A DNA stretch of 64,000 bases from an uncultured Oscillospiraceae bacterium (GTDB taxonomy: Bacteria; Bacillota; Clostridia; Oscillospirales; Oscillospiraceae), in NCBI GenBank assembly GCA_934636655.1, contig CAKUAS010000011.1, positions 8,105 through 72,104 of the forward strand, in the 5' to 3' direction. Numbering within the stretch: position 1 is the stretch's first letter; each line of letters starts with the position of its first letter. The notes beneath the pieces are model-generated. The model was given only the letters and a program-made list of their open reading frames with translations, did not search any database and was not told the DNA's origin. Shown one piece after another: positions 18,902 to 28,071 of this stretch. Position numbers and translations under genes: made by a program.

Positions 18902-19095
18902 AATTTTTACATCTCCTTTTTTGTATTGGGTACGGTTTCTTGACCCGCTACTTATCATTGCCTCAAATCGTTGTTATATTCTCTTGTCGGGCATGTAATT
19001 ACTGCTAAATTTCTTGTACATACAAGATGTTGTGCCGCAGTTTTTGTCGACCACAATCGTGCAAAAATTTTATCTATTTATGTGGTTATGTCTAC

Positions 19096-19124
19096 TTGAC
19101 AATTATTTTAAATGCTTGTACAAT
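19096..19124 (+). promoter_or_regulatory. sigma-A type promoter of the YhgE/Pip operon
   Basis: TTGACA at 19096-19101, 17 nt, TACAAT at 19119-19124. Confidence 0.55.
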
Positions 19125-19230
19125 ACCATTGTATCTAAATCGTTACCGTTTTGTAATCGCCGCATTATAGCAAATTTCGATACACATTATAGCTATACTA
19201 CTCTTTAGTCTGACAGGAGTATTATTCAAT

Positions 19231-21783
19231 ATGCGTAATATTTTCAGGATTTTTAAACATGATCTGCGGGCACTGTATAAGAATTTCTTTGCCTTCCTCA
19301 TCATACTGGCAATACTCGTATTGCCAGCCCTGTATGCATGGTTTAACATTTATGCATTCTGGGATCCGTACGGAAAGACTCAGGATGTTTCCATAGCGGT
19401 CGTTTCCAACGACAAAGACTATATGGATTCCGACGGCAACATCGTCAACATGGGCGAGGCTCTCATTTCGGAGATCAAGGATGACGAGAACTTCGGTTTT
19501 GTATTCCTTGATGATGCCGATAAGGCAGTCAAAGATCTATATGCCGGCAAATACTACGCCGCGATTATCATAGAGCCCGACTTTACATATAATATGTACA
19601 ACTTCCTGAACACGGATATGTACAGCCCTACGATCAAATTCTATCAGAACGAAAAAACAAACGCCATCGCCGTCAAGGTAGTTGAGGCTGCCGGTGATAA
19701 AGTAAAGAAGATCGTAAACGAAAAATACATTTCAACCGTCATCGAAACGCTGTTTGACAAGCTTAACTCTTTCTCCTCCGATGTGCAGGGCAACTCCTCT
19801 GCCGAGATGCTCAAAAACACGCTCAGAAAGATAAACGACAATCTCATCAGCTACAGCGGAACGATCGACCAGTTCATCACTGCAAATAATACGCTTATCG
19901 ATACGCTCCAGCGTACAAACAATACGCTCAACTACTCGATCTACCTCATTGGCAACGAGCGAGTCAATATTTCCAAGCAGATCGTATACATTGAGGACAC
20001 CAAAAAGGATCTTGCGCTCATAAACGACGAAGTCAACCGCATGCTCACCGAACTGCAGGACTCCGTAAACGAAGCGATATACAAGCTCGACAGGCTCTAT
20101 AACGGCGGCACCGATGACGCGGAAGCTGCGCGAAATGCTCTGGCTGAGCTTGAAAAGCAGTACAAGGAGCTCATCGACTACCTCACTCACTCCGGTCTTA
20201 CCAACACCGAGGTTGAGGATGCGCTCACAGCACTCAACAAGCTCACCGATAAGATCACTCAGCTTCGCGACAAGCTCGGTCTCAACGGCGGTCAGGTCGA
20301 TGCTCAGCAGACACGAGTTCTCGCAGCCCACAATAAGAGCGCTATAGAGGCTGTCAAAAACGATTACGAATCCGTCGCCGTTCCTGTGGTCTACAAAGCC
20401 GTTACGGGCTACGACTATGAGGATCTCAACGACGCATCACAGACACAGCAGTCTATGGAGTCGCTCGTCGGCTTTATGAAAGATGATACAAATGACCGCA
20501 TCCAGAGCGTCCAAGCAAACATTGCCAAGGCGCAGAGCACGTCTGACCCCGAGGTACGCAAGGAGGCTCTTCTGGCCGCTCAGAGCGATGCCAAGGTCGT
20601 AAATCAGGAGATCAGCGCCCTCGGCGCGACCGCAGAGGCTGTTGGAACGGCAAGCGGCAGCGACATTTCAAATATCTCCGGTTCTATTAACACAGCACAG
20701 AGCAGCGCCAAGAGCGCGCAGGATATTCTTGACGATATTCTCAACGGTAATCGCGATATTGACCTCATCCGCGATCTCCAGCTCATCAGCGACATGCTCG
20801 GCACCACAAGAGCCACCCTTACCGAGACGGTCTACCCCATGCTCGATACGATGCTCAACAATCTTCAGGACAGTCTCGGCGAAGTATCATCTCTCCTGCT
20901 TGACCTCAATGGCATACTCGGCAAGACAACTCCCATCGTAAAAGAGCTCGGCAACACCTTCGGAGCTGTTAACAACGCCCTCATTCAGGTCAAGGATCTG
21001 CTCACCTCCTACAGCGGCAGGATCGACGACTTTATTGAAATGCTCGACGGCAATCCCGATAACGGCACGCTTCAAAACGTGTTTGACTTCCTCAACGTCG
21101 ATCCCGAGAGTATAGGCTCGTTCCTGTCAAGCCCGGTTTCAATGGTAACGAAATCGGTTTACCCCGTTGAATCCTACGGTGCGGCAATGACGCCGTTCTA
21201 CACCATGCTCGCGATCTGGGTCGGCTGCGTTATCCTTAACGCTATTCTAAAGTGCGACGCACCTATCCCCGTTCCCGAAGCTACCGAAAAGCAGCGCTTC
21301 TTCGGCAGATATCTGCTGTTCTTTGTTCTAAGCCAGGTGCAGACGCTTATAACGATGCTCGGCAATATGCTTATCCTCGGCGTTGACTGTGTGCATCCGG
21401 GACTGCTGCTGCTGTCCGGAGTCATCACCTCTATGGCCTGCTCTATGCTGGCATACGCCTTTGCCGTTGCGTTCGGCAATATCGGCAGAGCGCTTATCGT
21501 TGTTATACTTATTATTCAAATCGCAGGTTCCGGCGGCTCCTACCCCATCGAACTGCTGCCGAACTTCTTCCAGCAGGTATACTTATTCTTCCCCTTCCCC
21601 TACGCGATCAACGCCATGCGCGAGGCCATCGCAGGACTGTATCAGAACCAGTATCTTATCTATCTGCTGCAGCTGATGCTGTTTTTCGTTGTCGGTCTGC
21701 TTATAGGCATATTCGCAAAGCGTTCGCTCAGTGGTATAAACAAGTACATGAACGAACAGCTTGATAAGACGGAAATGATGTAA
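19231..21783 (+). CDS. YhgE/Pip domain-containing membrane protein (850 aa)
   Basis: N-terminal TM with the PALYAWFNIYAFWDPYG motif, a roughly 450-aa coiled-coil-like ectodomain rich in N/T/L/D/Q, and a C-terminal bundle of about 5 TM helices. This is the architecture of Pip/YhgE/EsaA relatives. Confidence 0.8.
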   Translation: MRNIFRIFKHDLRALYKNFFAFLIILAILVLPALYAWFNIYAFWDPYGKTQDVSIAVVSNDKDYMDSDGNIVNMGEALISEIKDDENFGFVFLDDADKAVKDLYAGKYYAAIIIEPDFTYNMYNFLNTDMYSPTIKFYQNEKTNAIAVKVVEAAGDKVKKIVNEKYISTVIETLFDKLNSFSSDVQGNSSAEMLKNTLRKINDNLISYSGTIDQFITANNTLIDTLQRTNNTLNYSIYLIGNERVNISKQIVYIEDTKKDLALINDEVNRMLTELQDSVNEAIYKLDRLYNGGTDDAEAARNALAELEKQYKELIDYLTHSGLTNTEVEDALTALNKLTDKITQLRDKLGLNGGQVDAQQTRVLAAHNKSAIEAVKNDYESVAVPVVYKAVTGYDYEDLNDASQTQQSMESLVGFMKDDTNDRIQSVQANIAKAQSTSDPEVRKEALLAAQSDAKVVNQEISALGATAEAVGTASGSDISNISGSINTAQSSAKSAQDILDDILNGNRDIDLIRDLQLISDMLGTTRATLTETVYPMLDTMLNNLQDSLGEVSSLLLDLNGILGKTTPIVKELGNTFGAVNNALIQVKDLLTSYSGRIDDFIEMLDGNPDNGTLQNVFDFLNVDPESIGSFLSSPVSMVTKSVYPVESYGAAMTPFYTMLAIWVGCVILNAILKCDAPIPVPEATEKQRFFGRYLLFFVLSQVQTLITMLGNMLILGVDCVHPGLLLLSGVITSMACSMLAYAFAVAFGNIGRALIVVILIIQIAGSGGSYPIELLPNFFQQVYLFFPFPYAINAMREAIAGLYQNQYLIYLLQLMLFFVVGLLIGIFAKRSLSGINKYMNEQLDKTEMM

Positions 21784-21803
21784 AAACTACAGGAGCAATC
21801 ACT

Positions 21804-22241
21804 ATGGATACTCAGTACGAAAAAAAGTATAACGACCTGATGGAATGCCTCAGGCAGATGCACGAGCATAACGTCAGGCGTACTAGCATGGCGCTGCGAA
21901 GTCTGCTGATAGTGCCGACTATCTTCCTTGTTATGCTGTTTTTCACAAACAGCTCGAAAACGATATTCCTCGTTTTGTGGATAGTTTCGATGTTCATCAT
22001 TGCAGCAGTCCTCATCGTCATTGAGTATCAGGACTACACTCTCAGGAAAATGATAGCGAGTGTCGAAAACGGCGGGGATACAAAGCCCGCGATAACGGAA
22101 AACTCCGAGACCTCAGTCGATAAGCGCGCCGAAGCAATACGAGAATCCATACGCAGCCGCTCGCCGGAGAACGACGAAAGCAGCGCCGAAAGCTTCAAAT
22201 ACGACAACTATGAAGAAGCCCCCACCGGCAAGGACGAATAA
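21804..22241 (+). CDS. small two-TM membrane protein with acidic tail, function unknown
   Basis: 145 aa. AGGAG lies 9 nt upstream. Two hydrophobic helices, then a D/E/S-rich C-terminus. Sits between the two YhgE/Pip genes. Confidence 0.6.
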   Translation: MDTQYEKKYNDLMECLRQMHEHNVRRTSMALRSLLIVPTIFLVMLFFTNSSKTIFLVLWIVSMFIIAAVLIVIEYQDYTLRKMIASVENGGDTKPAITENSETSVDKRAEAIRESIRSRSPENDESSAESFKYDNYEEAPTGKDE

Positions 22242-22258
22242 ACGACACTCTACGAAAG

Positions 22259-24298
22259 ATGAGTAATGCGATGAACAAACTAAAAGATAAAACTTCAAAT
22301 GTTCGCTCCGTCATCCGTTCGGACATAAAGCGTCTGAGCAAGAGCGTTGTCGCGATCGTCTGCGTCTTCGGTCTGGCTCTGATTCCCTGTCTGTACGCCT
22401 GGTTCAACATCATGTCCAACTGGGATCCCTACACTCCCAGTTCAACGCAGAATCTCACCATCGCCGTCGCAAGCGAGGACGAGGGCACAACGTTTATGGG
22501 ACTTGATCTCAATATAGGCAACATCATTATTGAAAAGCTCAAGAGCAACAACCAGATAGACTGGCAGTTCGTTGACTCCGATCAGGCGGTTCAGGATGGC
22601 CTGTACAGCGGCGATTACTACGCCGGACTTGTCATACCGGCGGACTTCAGCTCGGCAATGCTCGGCTTCACCGACGGCGAGTTTGAAACTCCCGAAATAA
22701 TCTACTACGACAACCAGAAGATGAACGCCGTTGCCTCCCGTGTTACCGACCGTGCCCAGAGCATAGTCAAAAACGAGGTAAACAGCATCTTCCTCGCTTC
22801 CATCGTCGACGAGATGTCGACCTTCACCTCCCTGTTCTCCGGCATGGGCGGAGACACCTCTCTGTCGCTGGATAACCTCGACGAACAGCTTGAGGATATA
22901 AAGACCGATCTGCGTACCTATGTCTCCATAATGGAGTCGATGGCCTCGGTCACGCAGTCGGCACTGAACGTCACGACAATGACCAGCGCTCTGCTCCCGG
23001 ACGTTGTCAACATGCTCAACAACAGCCGCAAGAGCATCTCCAATATGCAGGATCGCCTCGCAACCAGCAAGGAGGACGTTATCTACTCGGCTGATGCGAT
23101 AAGAAACAGCTCTGAGCAGCTTCGCAACACCATTGAGCGCCTCGACGAGGCCACCGGCGGCGACCCTGCTGGTGCCGGCAGCTCAGTCATCGACTGGGAC
23201 GCACTGTACGGCGAGGGCGGCATAACCGATTACGAGGGCGAGATCCTCGACGATCTGTACTACGACGTAAACAAGCAGCTACATGAGAGCGTTATCCGCT
23301 TCGACGATATTCTCCAGCAGACAAATATCGACAGCAACCTCATAAACTCCATGACGACGCTCCAGAACTCGCTGGATAACCTCGATTCCCTCATCGCTCA
23401 GATACAGGGCGACGTTGATAGTCAGGCCCTCACCCTGCAGCAGTTCACCTCCGCGCTCAGCTCCTGCACGCAGAGCATCAACGGCACGCGCGAAGTCATG
23501 AACACGATGCTCGAGCTCGCTACGAACGTACAGTCAAGCGTAAATGAGCTGCGCTCATCCGAGAGCGTTTCCAATATCCTTGATCTGATGCAGAACGATG
23601 TTGCCAGCCTCGTCGACTACCTCTCCTCCCCCGCGAACCTCGAGGTCGTCCGTGTTTACGCCGTTGAGAACTTCGGCTCAGGCATGGCTCCGTTCTACAC
23701 CGTGCTGGCAATCTGGGCAAGCGCCCTGCTGAGCGTCAGCCTCATGCATCCGCATATCAAGAACCGCAGCGAGTTCCCCACTCTGAACGTCACCGAGTCC
23801 TACTTCGGCCGCTACTTCATATTCTTCGCCATCGGCCAGCTCACCGCACTCATGACGGTGCTCGGCAACCTCTATTACATAGGCATACAGTGCTACAACC
23901 CGTTCCTGTTCTGGCTTGCAGCAGCGCTTTCAAGCCTTGTCGCAACGCTTGTAAACTACAGCTTCGTATTTGCGCTCGGCAGCACGGGCGAAGCGCTTTC
24001 GATCATCGTTCTGGTTTTGCAGGTTGCAGGCTCCGGCGGCACTTACCCAGTGCAGATGCTGCCGAAGTTCTTCCAGGTGCTTTACGGCGTGATGCCGTTC
24101 AAGTATTCGATGAACGCTATGCGCGAGACCATCGCCGGCAGCTACAACGGCACTTACTTTAAGTGCATCCTCGTTCTGCTGCTCATGGCAGTCATCGCCG
24201 TTCCGCTCGGAATATTCCTGCACATCGTGTGCAAGCCTTACCTCAGGCGCTCGAACGAGAGCAAGGCAAAAACGGCCGGTCTCATGCACGGCGGCTGA
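22259..24298 (+). CDS. YhgE/Pip domain-containing membrane protein (679 aa, paralog)
   Basis: Same architecture as the 850-aa gene (PCLYAWFNIMSNWDPYT, a shorter ectodomain, C-terminal TM bundle with the conserved QVAGSGGTYPVQMLPKFFQ). The start may be 22259 or 22271. Confidence 0.8.
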   Translation: MSNAMNKLKDKTSNVRSVIRSDIKRLSKSVVAIVCVFGLALIPCLYAWFNIMSNWDPYTPSSTQNLTIAVASEDEGTTFMGLDLNIGNIIIEKLKSNNQIDWQFVDSDQAVQDGLYSGDYYAGLVIPADFSSAMLGFTDGEFETPEIIYYDNQKMNAVASRVTDRAQSIVKNEVNSIFLASIVDEMSTFTSLFSGMGGDTSLSLDNLDEQLEDIKTDLRTYVSIMESMASVTQSALNVTTMTSALLPDVVNMLNNSRKSISNMQDRLATSKEDVIYSADAIRNSSEQLRNTIERLDEATGGDPAGAGSSVIDWDALYGEGGITDYEGEILDDLYYDVNKQLHESVIRFDDILQQTNIDSNLINSMTTLQNSLDNLDSLIAQIQGDVDSQALTLQQFTSALSSCTQSINGTREVMNTMLELATNVQSSVNELRSSESVSNILDLMQNDVASLVDYLSSPANLEVVRVYAVENFGSGMAPFYTVLAIWASALLSVSLMHPHIKNRSEFPTLNVTESYFGRYFIFFAIGQLTALMTVLGNLYYIGIQCYNPFLFWLAAALSSLVATLVNYSFVFALGSTGEALSIIVLVLQVAGSGGTYPVQMLPKFFQVLYGVMPFKYSMNAMRETIAGSYNGTYFKCILVLLLMAVIAVPLGIFLHIVCKPYLRRSNESKAKTAGLMHGG

Positions 24299-24314
24299 TA
24301 CAAGATTTGATAAG

Positions 24315-24350
24315 AAACCGCACCGCAGATGTTTCTGCGGTGCGGTTTTA
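24315..24350. terminator. bidirectional terminator
   Basis: 15-bp stem aaaccgcaccgcaga / tctgcggtgcggttt, between convergent genes. Confidence 0.75.
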
Positions 24351-24369
24351 TTCTCATGTTATGCTGCAA

Positions 24370-26115
24370 TTATATTCTGCCGAAAAGTTTGTCGAGCAGG
24401 TTTTTGACTGTGCTTATCGTGTCCTGGAACCATGCGCGGATAGTGTCTGCTGTCGAGCGCGTATCTCCGCAGACGGTGCAGGTGTTGCCCTTGTAGTGAT
24501 GGCCGGTCGCTTCGATGGTCTCGCCCTGAGATATTACCTCGTTGCAGATCATACACACCTCGTCGCCGGTGTAGCCGTCTTCGGTGCAGGTGGGCTCGAC
24601 TGCGCCGCGGAGCTCCGTGATGTGCTCGTGGTAGTTGTAGTGGATCGTTGCGTTCAGGAGGTCGTCGTTGTCCCCCTCAATATTAATTGCGTTCCACTGT
24701 TCTTCAGTACCGGTGTAATAGACGTCTTTCAAATTATCGCAAGCATCGAATGCTCCTGATGATATGCTCATCACGCTGCTCGGGATCGTGATGCTCAAAA
24801 GGTTTGTGCAGCCTTCGAATACGCAATAGCCAATTTTCTCCACTCCATCTAAAAGCACAACGTTTTTAAGGCTAGTGCAACCTCCAAAATCAGGCATTGC
24901 GCCATGACCTAAATAGCTCACACTTCCGGGTATCGTGATTTCCTTAAGACTTGTGCAATTTTGAAAAGCACCAGTACTAATATCCGTTACGCTGTCCGGT
25001 ATTTCAATATTTTCAAGGCTTGTGCAGGCTTCAAACGCAGCTATTCCAATAGTTGTAACACCGTTCGGTATTGTAACATTTGTAAGGCTTTCGCAGCCGC
25101 AAAATGTGGCTGTGTCAATTTTTTTCACGCCGTCAGGTATCGTAATGTCTATAAGGCTTCTGCACTGATAGAAGGCTTGCTCGCCAATGCTCGTAACACT
25201 ATCCGGAATTACAACGCCAGTCAGTCCTGTGCAGCCGGTAAATGTATAATCATTTATTCTTGTTATACCATTCGGGATATCAATGTGATTTATGCCCGTG
25301 CAATCTTGGAACGCCTTGCTGCCTATGCTCATCACACTGTTCGGGATTATGACGTTTGTAAGGCTCTCGCAGCCGCGGAATGCAGCGTCACTGATGCTTG
25401 TTACGCCGTTTGGAATTATATATGAAGCATCTGTTTTTCTTGCCGGATAACGAACGAGGCCGGTCTTTTCCTTGTTAAAAAGCACGCCATTCTCCGAGGT
25501 ATAAGCAGTGTTGCCTTCCTCTACTCTTATATTTTCAAGGCTTGTGCAGCCAATAAATGCCTGATTACCGATGCTCGTTACGCTATCGGGTATTTCTATG
25601 CTCGTAAGGTTCGTGCAGCCGAATTGATCATAGCTGAATGCACCGTCGCCGATGCTCACTACGCCGTCAGGGATCGTATAAGAAGTATCAGTCTTCCCCT
25701 CCGGATATTTGATAAGCTCTGTTTTATCTTCATTAAACAAAACTCCGTCAGCAGAACTGTACACCATATTTCCATCTGCAACATTAATGCACTCTAAACT
25801 TGGGCTACCCCAAAATGCACCTTCTGTGCGAATGCTCGTCACACTATTTGGAATCGTGACGCTCGTCAAGTTAGGTATGAAGTTGAATGCCATAATGCCG
25901 ATGCTCGTCACTTCAACGCCATCAATTTCTGCCGGAACAACTGCTGCCGTGACTGATTTATCGCAGCCTATTATTTCACCGTTCGGTTTATCAAAATAGA
26001 TATTGCCACCTGTGACTTTATAGGTAACAATATCGTCCTCTGCCAGCGCCGCGGTCGGCACCAGTGATACCACCATCAGCAGCACGAGCAGCAGATTTAG
26101 TACTCGTTTTTTCAT
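24370..26115 (-). CDS. secreted BspA-type leucine-rich-repeat protein with C-terminal Cys-rich module
   Basis: Signal peptide MKKRVLNLLLVLLMVVSLVPTAALA. Many repeats of about 23 aa of the IPxSVTSIGxxAFxxCxSL type. C-terminal CxxxxxxxxxxxCxxC...CxxC segment. GGGAGGA lies 5 nt before the ATG at 26115. Confidence 0.8.
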   Translation of the reverse strand: MKKRVLNLLLVLLMVVSLVPTAALAEDDIVTYKVTGGNIYFDKPNGEIIGCDKSVTAAVVPAEIDGVEVTSIGIMAFNFIPNLTSVTIPNSVTSIRTEGAFWGSPSLECINVADGNMVYSSADGVLFNEDKTELIKYPEGKTDTSYTIPDGVVSIGDGAFSYDQFGCTNLTSIEIPDSVTSIGNQAFIGCTSLENIRVEEGNTAYTSENGVLFNKEKTGLVRYPARKTDASYIIPNGVTSISDAAFRGCESLTNVIIPNSVMSIGSKAFQDCTGINHIDIPNGITRINDYTFTGCTGLTGVVIPDSVTSIGEQAFYQCRSLIDITIPDGVKKIDTATFCGCESLTNVTIPNGVTTIGIAAFEACTSLENIEIPDSVTDISTGAFQNCTSLKEITIPGSVSYLGHGAMPDFGGCTSLKNVVLLDGVEKIGYCVFEGCTNLLSITIPSSVMSISSGAFDACDNLKDVYYTGTEEQWNAINIEGDNDDLLNATIHYNYHEHITELRGAVEPTCTEDGYTGDEVCMICNEVISQGETIEATGHHYKGNTCTVCGDTRSTADTIRAWFQDTISTVKNLLDKLFGRI

Positions 26116-26144
26116 TGTCTTCCTCCCGATATTTCTCCGCGCAG

Positions 26145-26170
26145 CTGTCATAAAGCATACCTTTTGACAG
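26145..26170. repeat. imperfect copy of the CTGTCAAAAGGTAT/ATACCTTTTGACAG palindrome
   Basis: The sequence is ctgtcataaagcat ataccttttgacag. The left arm matches at 11/14 and the right arm is identical to the copy at 26299-26332. It lies about 30 nt upstream of the LRR gene start. Confidence 0.6.
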
Positions 26171-26298
26171 GCAACCTATTTACGCGGTGCGAGCATTCAA
26201 AAACGAGTTTTTTAATAAAATCAATGCTTTTTTCGGAGAAATTCAAGGCAGCATATTGCAATTTTGTCGATTTTCAGCTATCATAATGACAACGAAGC

Positions 26299-26339
26299 GC
26301 AACTGTCAAAAGGTATACCTTTTGACAGTTGCTTTTTTT
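26299..26339. repeat. perfect 34-bp palindrome followed by T7 (terminator-like or operator)
   Basis: gcaactgtcaaaaggta|taccttttgacagttgc at 26299-26332, then ttttttt at 26333-26339. It sits just upstream of the cysK -35 element. Confidence 0.65.
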
Positions 26340-26360
26340 CATATTTTTTCGCTCAAGCTA

Positions 26361-26389
26361 TTGACAAATGCAAAATGCGGACTTATAAT
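26361..26389 (+). promoter_or_regulatory. sigma-A type promoter of cysK
   Basis: TTGACA at 26361-26366, 17 nt, TATAAT at 26384-26389. This leaves a leader of about 145 nt. Confidence 0.65.
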
Positions 26390-26539
26390 ACTACCAACCT
26401 ACGAAGTTAGTAGTATTTAATATCGAACCGAGGTAATTATAATGGCTGCATATATTGTCTTCCGATGTCGGAGCTGAAACTTTTTCCGAAGCTCACATCA
26501 ATTCAAATTTACTATTTATAATTAAAAGGAGATAATATC

Positions 26540-27472
26540 ATGTCTAAAATATACACTTCCGCCGATCAGCTTATTGGTTCCACTCCCCTGCTTGAGCTCA
26601 CACATATTGAAAAGAAACACGGTCTCAAGGCCAAAGTTCTCGCAAAGCTCGAGTATTTTAACCCCGCAGGCTCTGTAAAGGACAGGATTGCAAAGGCAAT
26701 GATCGACGACGCCGAAGCTAAGGGCCTGCTGAACGCCGACTCCGTCATCATTGAGCCAACCAGCGGCAACACCGGCATCGGTCTTGCGTCCGTCGCCGCC
26801 GCGAGAGGCTATCGCATCATTATCGTGATGCCCGAGACCATGAGCGTTGAGCGCCGCCAGCTTATGAAGGCCTATGGCGCGGAGCTTGTGCTCACCGAGG
26901 GCGCAAAGGGCATGAAGGGCGCTATCGCCAAGGCAGACGAGCTTGCAAAAGAGATCCCCAACAGCTTTATCCCCGGCCAGTTCGTCAATGCGGCAAACCC
27001 CAAGGCTCACTTTGAGACCACCGGCCCCGAGATCTTCGCAGACACCGACGGCGATGTTGATATCTTCGTCGCAGGCGTTGGCACAGGCGGCACGGTCACC
27101 GGCGTCGGCCAGTACCTCAAGTCCAAAAAGCCGGAGGTCAAGGTCGTTGCCGTAGAGCCGAAGAGCTCGGCAGTCCTCTCCACCGGCGTTGCAGGCTCGC
27201 ACAAGATCCAGGGCATCGGCGCAGGCTTTGTCCCCGAGGTGCTGGATACCAAGATCTATGACGAGATAATCCCCGTTGAAAACGATGACGCGTTTGCAAC
27301 CGGTAAAGAGATCGGCAAGAGCGAGGGCGTGCTCGTGGGCATCTCCTCCGGTGCGGCTGTGTGGGCAGCTATAGAGCTTGCGAAGCGTCCGGAGAACGAG
27401 GGTAAGACCATTGTCGTGCTCCTGCCCGACACAGGTGACCGCTACCTCTCTACCCCGCTGTTTGCGGACTGA
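26540..27472 (+). CDS. cysK: cysteine synthase A (O-acetylserine sulfhydrylase)
   Basis: 310 aa. PLP-lysine motif [11 protein letters not shown] and the GNTGIG loop. Confidence 0.95.
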   Translation: MSKIYTSADQLIGSTPLLELTHIEKKHGLKAKVLAKLEYFNPAGSVKDRIAKAMIDDAEAKGLLNADSVIIEPTSGNTGIGLASVAAARGYRIIIVMPETMSVERRQLMKAYGAELVLTEGAKGMKGAIAKADELAKEIPNSFIPGQFVNAANPKAHFETTGPEIFADTDGDVDIFVAGVGTGGTVTGVGQYLKSKKPEVKVVAVEPKSSAVLSTGVAGSHKIQGIGAGFVPEVLDTKIYDEIIPVENDDAFATGKEIGKSEGVLVGISSGAAVWAAIELAKRPENEGKTIVVLLPDTGDRYLSTPLFAD

Positions 27473-27501
27473 TATAAACTAACTCACAGGAGGCTTTTCC
27501 G

Positions 27502-28071
27502 ATGATCCCGAACAAAGAACAGGCGCTTGAACTTTTGAAAAAGTACAACTCCGACCCATTCCATATCAAACACGGACTTATCGTTTCCGGTGTTATGGAG
27601 TACTTCGCAAATGAGCTCGGATACGGTGACGAGGCCGATTTCTGGAGCGTCGTAGGGCTGCTGCACGATCTTGACTTCGAGCTGTACCCCGAGCAGCACT
27701 GCATTAAAAGTCAGGAGCTCATGCGCGAGGAGGGGCTGGATGAGCGGCTGATACATGCGACGGCAAGCCACGGCTACGCTATAACGGTCGATATCAAGCC
27801 CGAGCATCTGATGGAAAAGGTCCTGTATGCTACGGATGAGCTCACAGGTCTCATTGGCGCTGTGGCGATCATGCGCCCGTCGAAGAGCGTTCAGGATCTT
27901 GAGCTCAAGTCCGTCAAGAAGAAGTACAAGAGCGCTAACTTTGCGGCAGGCTGCTCGCGCGAGGTCATTGAGCGCGGCGCGGATATGCTCGGCTGGAGCC
28001 TTGAAGATCTAATAAGCCGCACAATACTCGCAATGCGCGCGACTCCTGCGGCTACTTGGGCGGACGAATGA
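27502..28071 (+). CDS. HD-domain metal-dependent phosphohydrolase
   Basis: 189 aa. H...HD motif (HIKHG ... GLLHDLD). AGGAGG RBS. Its stop overlaps the mnmA ATG (ATGA). Confidence 0.75.
   Translation: MIPNKEQALELLKKYNSDPFHIKHGLIVSGVMEYFANELGYGDEADFWSVVGLLHDLDFELYPEQHCIKSQELMREEGLDERLIHATASHGYAITVDIKPEHLMEKVLYATDELTGLIGAVAIMRPSKSVQDLELKSVKKKYKSANFAAGCSREVIERGADMLGWSLEDLISRTILAMRATPAATWADE

Noticed and set aside
18952-18982. A sigma-G/sigma-F type forespore promoter for the SASP gene (GAATA ... GGCAATGATA on the reverse strand).
   Set aside because: The spacing and the -10 only loosely fit the GHATR-N17/18-CATxxTA consensus. It is plausible biologically but is not supported well enough to list as a feature.
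26187-26420. A 77-aa ORF in the LRR/cysK intergenic region.
   Set aside because: It has a GTG start without an RBS, sits in AT-rich sequence, and runs straight through the 34-bp palindrome and the cysK promoter, so coding is unlikely.
26396-26539. The cysK leader as a T-box, S-box or other known riboswitch.
   Set aside because: At about 145 nt it is too short for a T-box. I could not find the T-box motif (AGGGTGGNACCGCG-like) or SAM-I core features. It is left as an unclassified leader.
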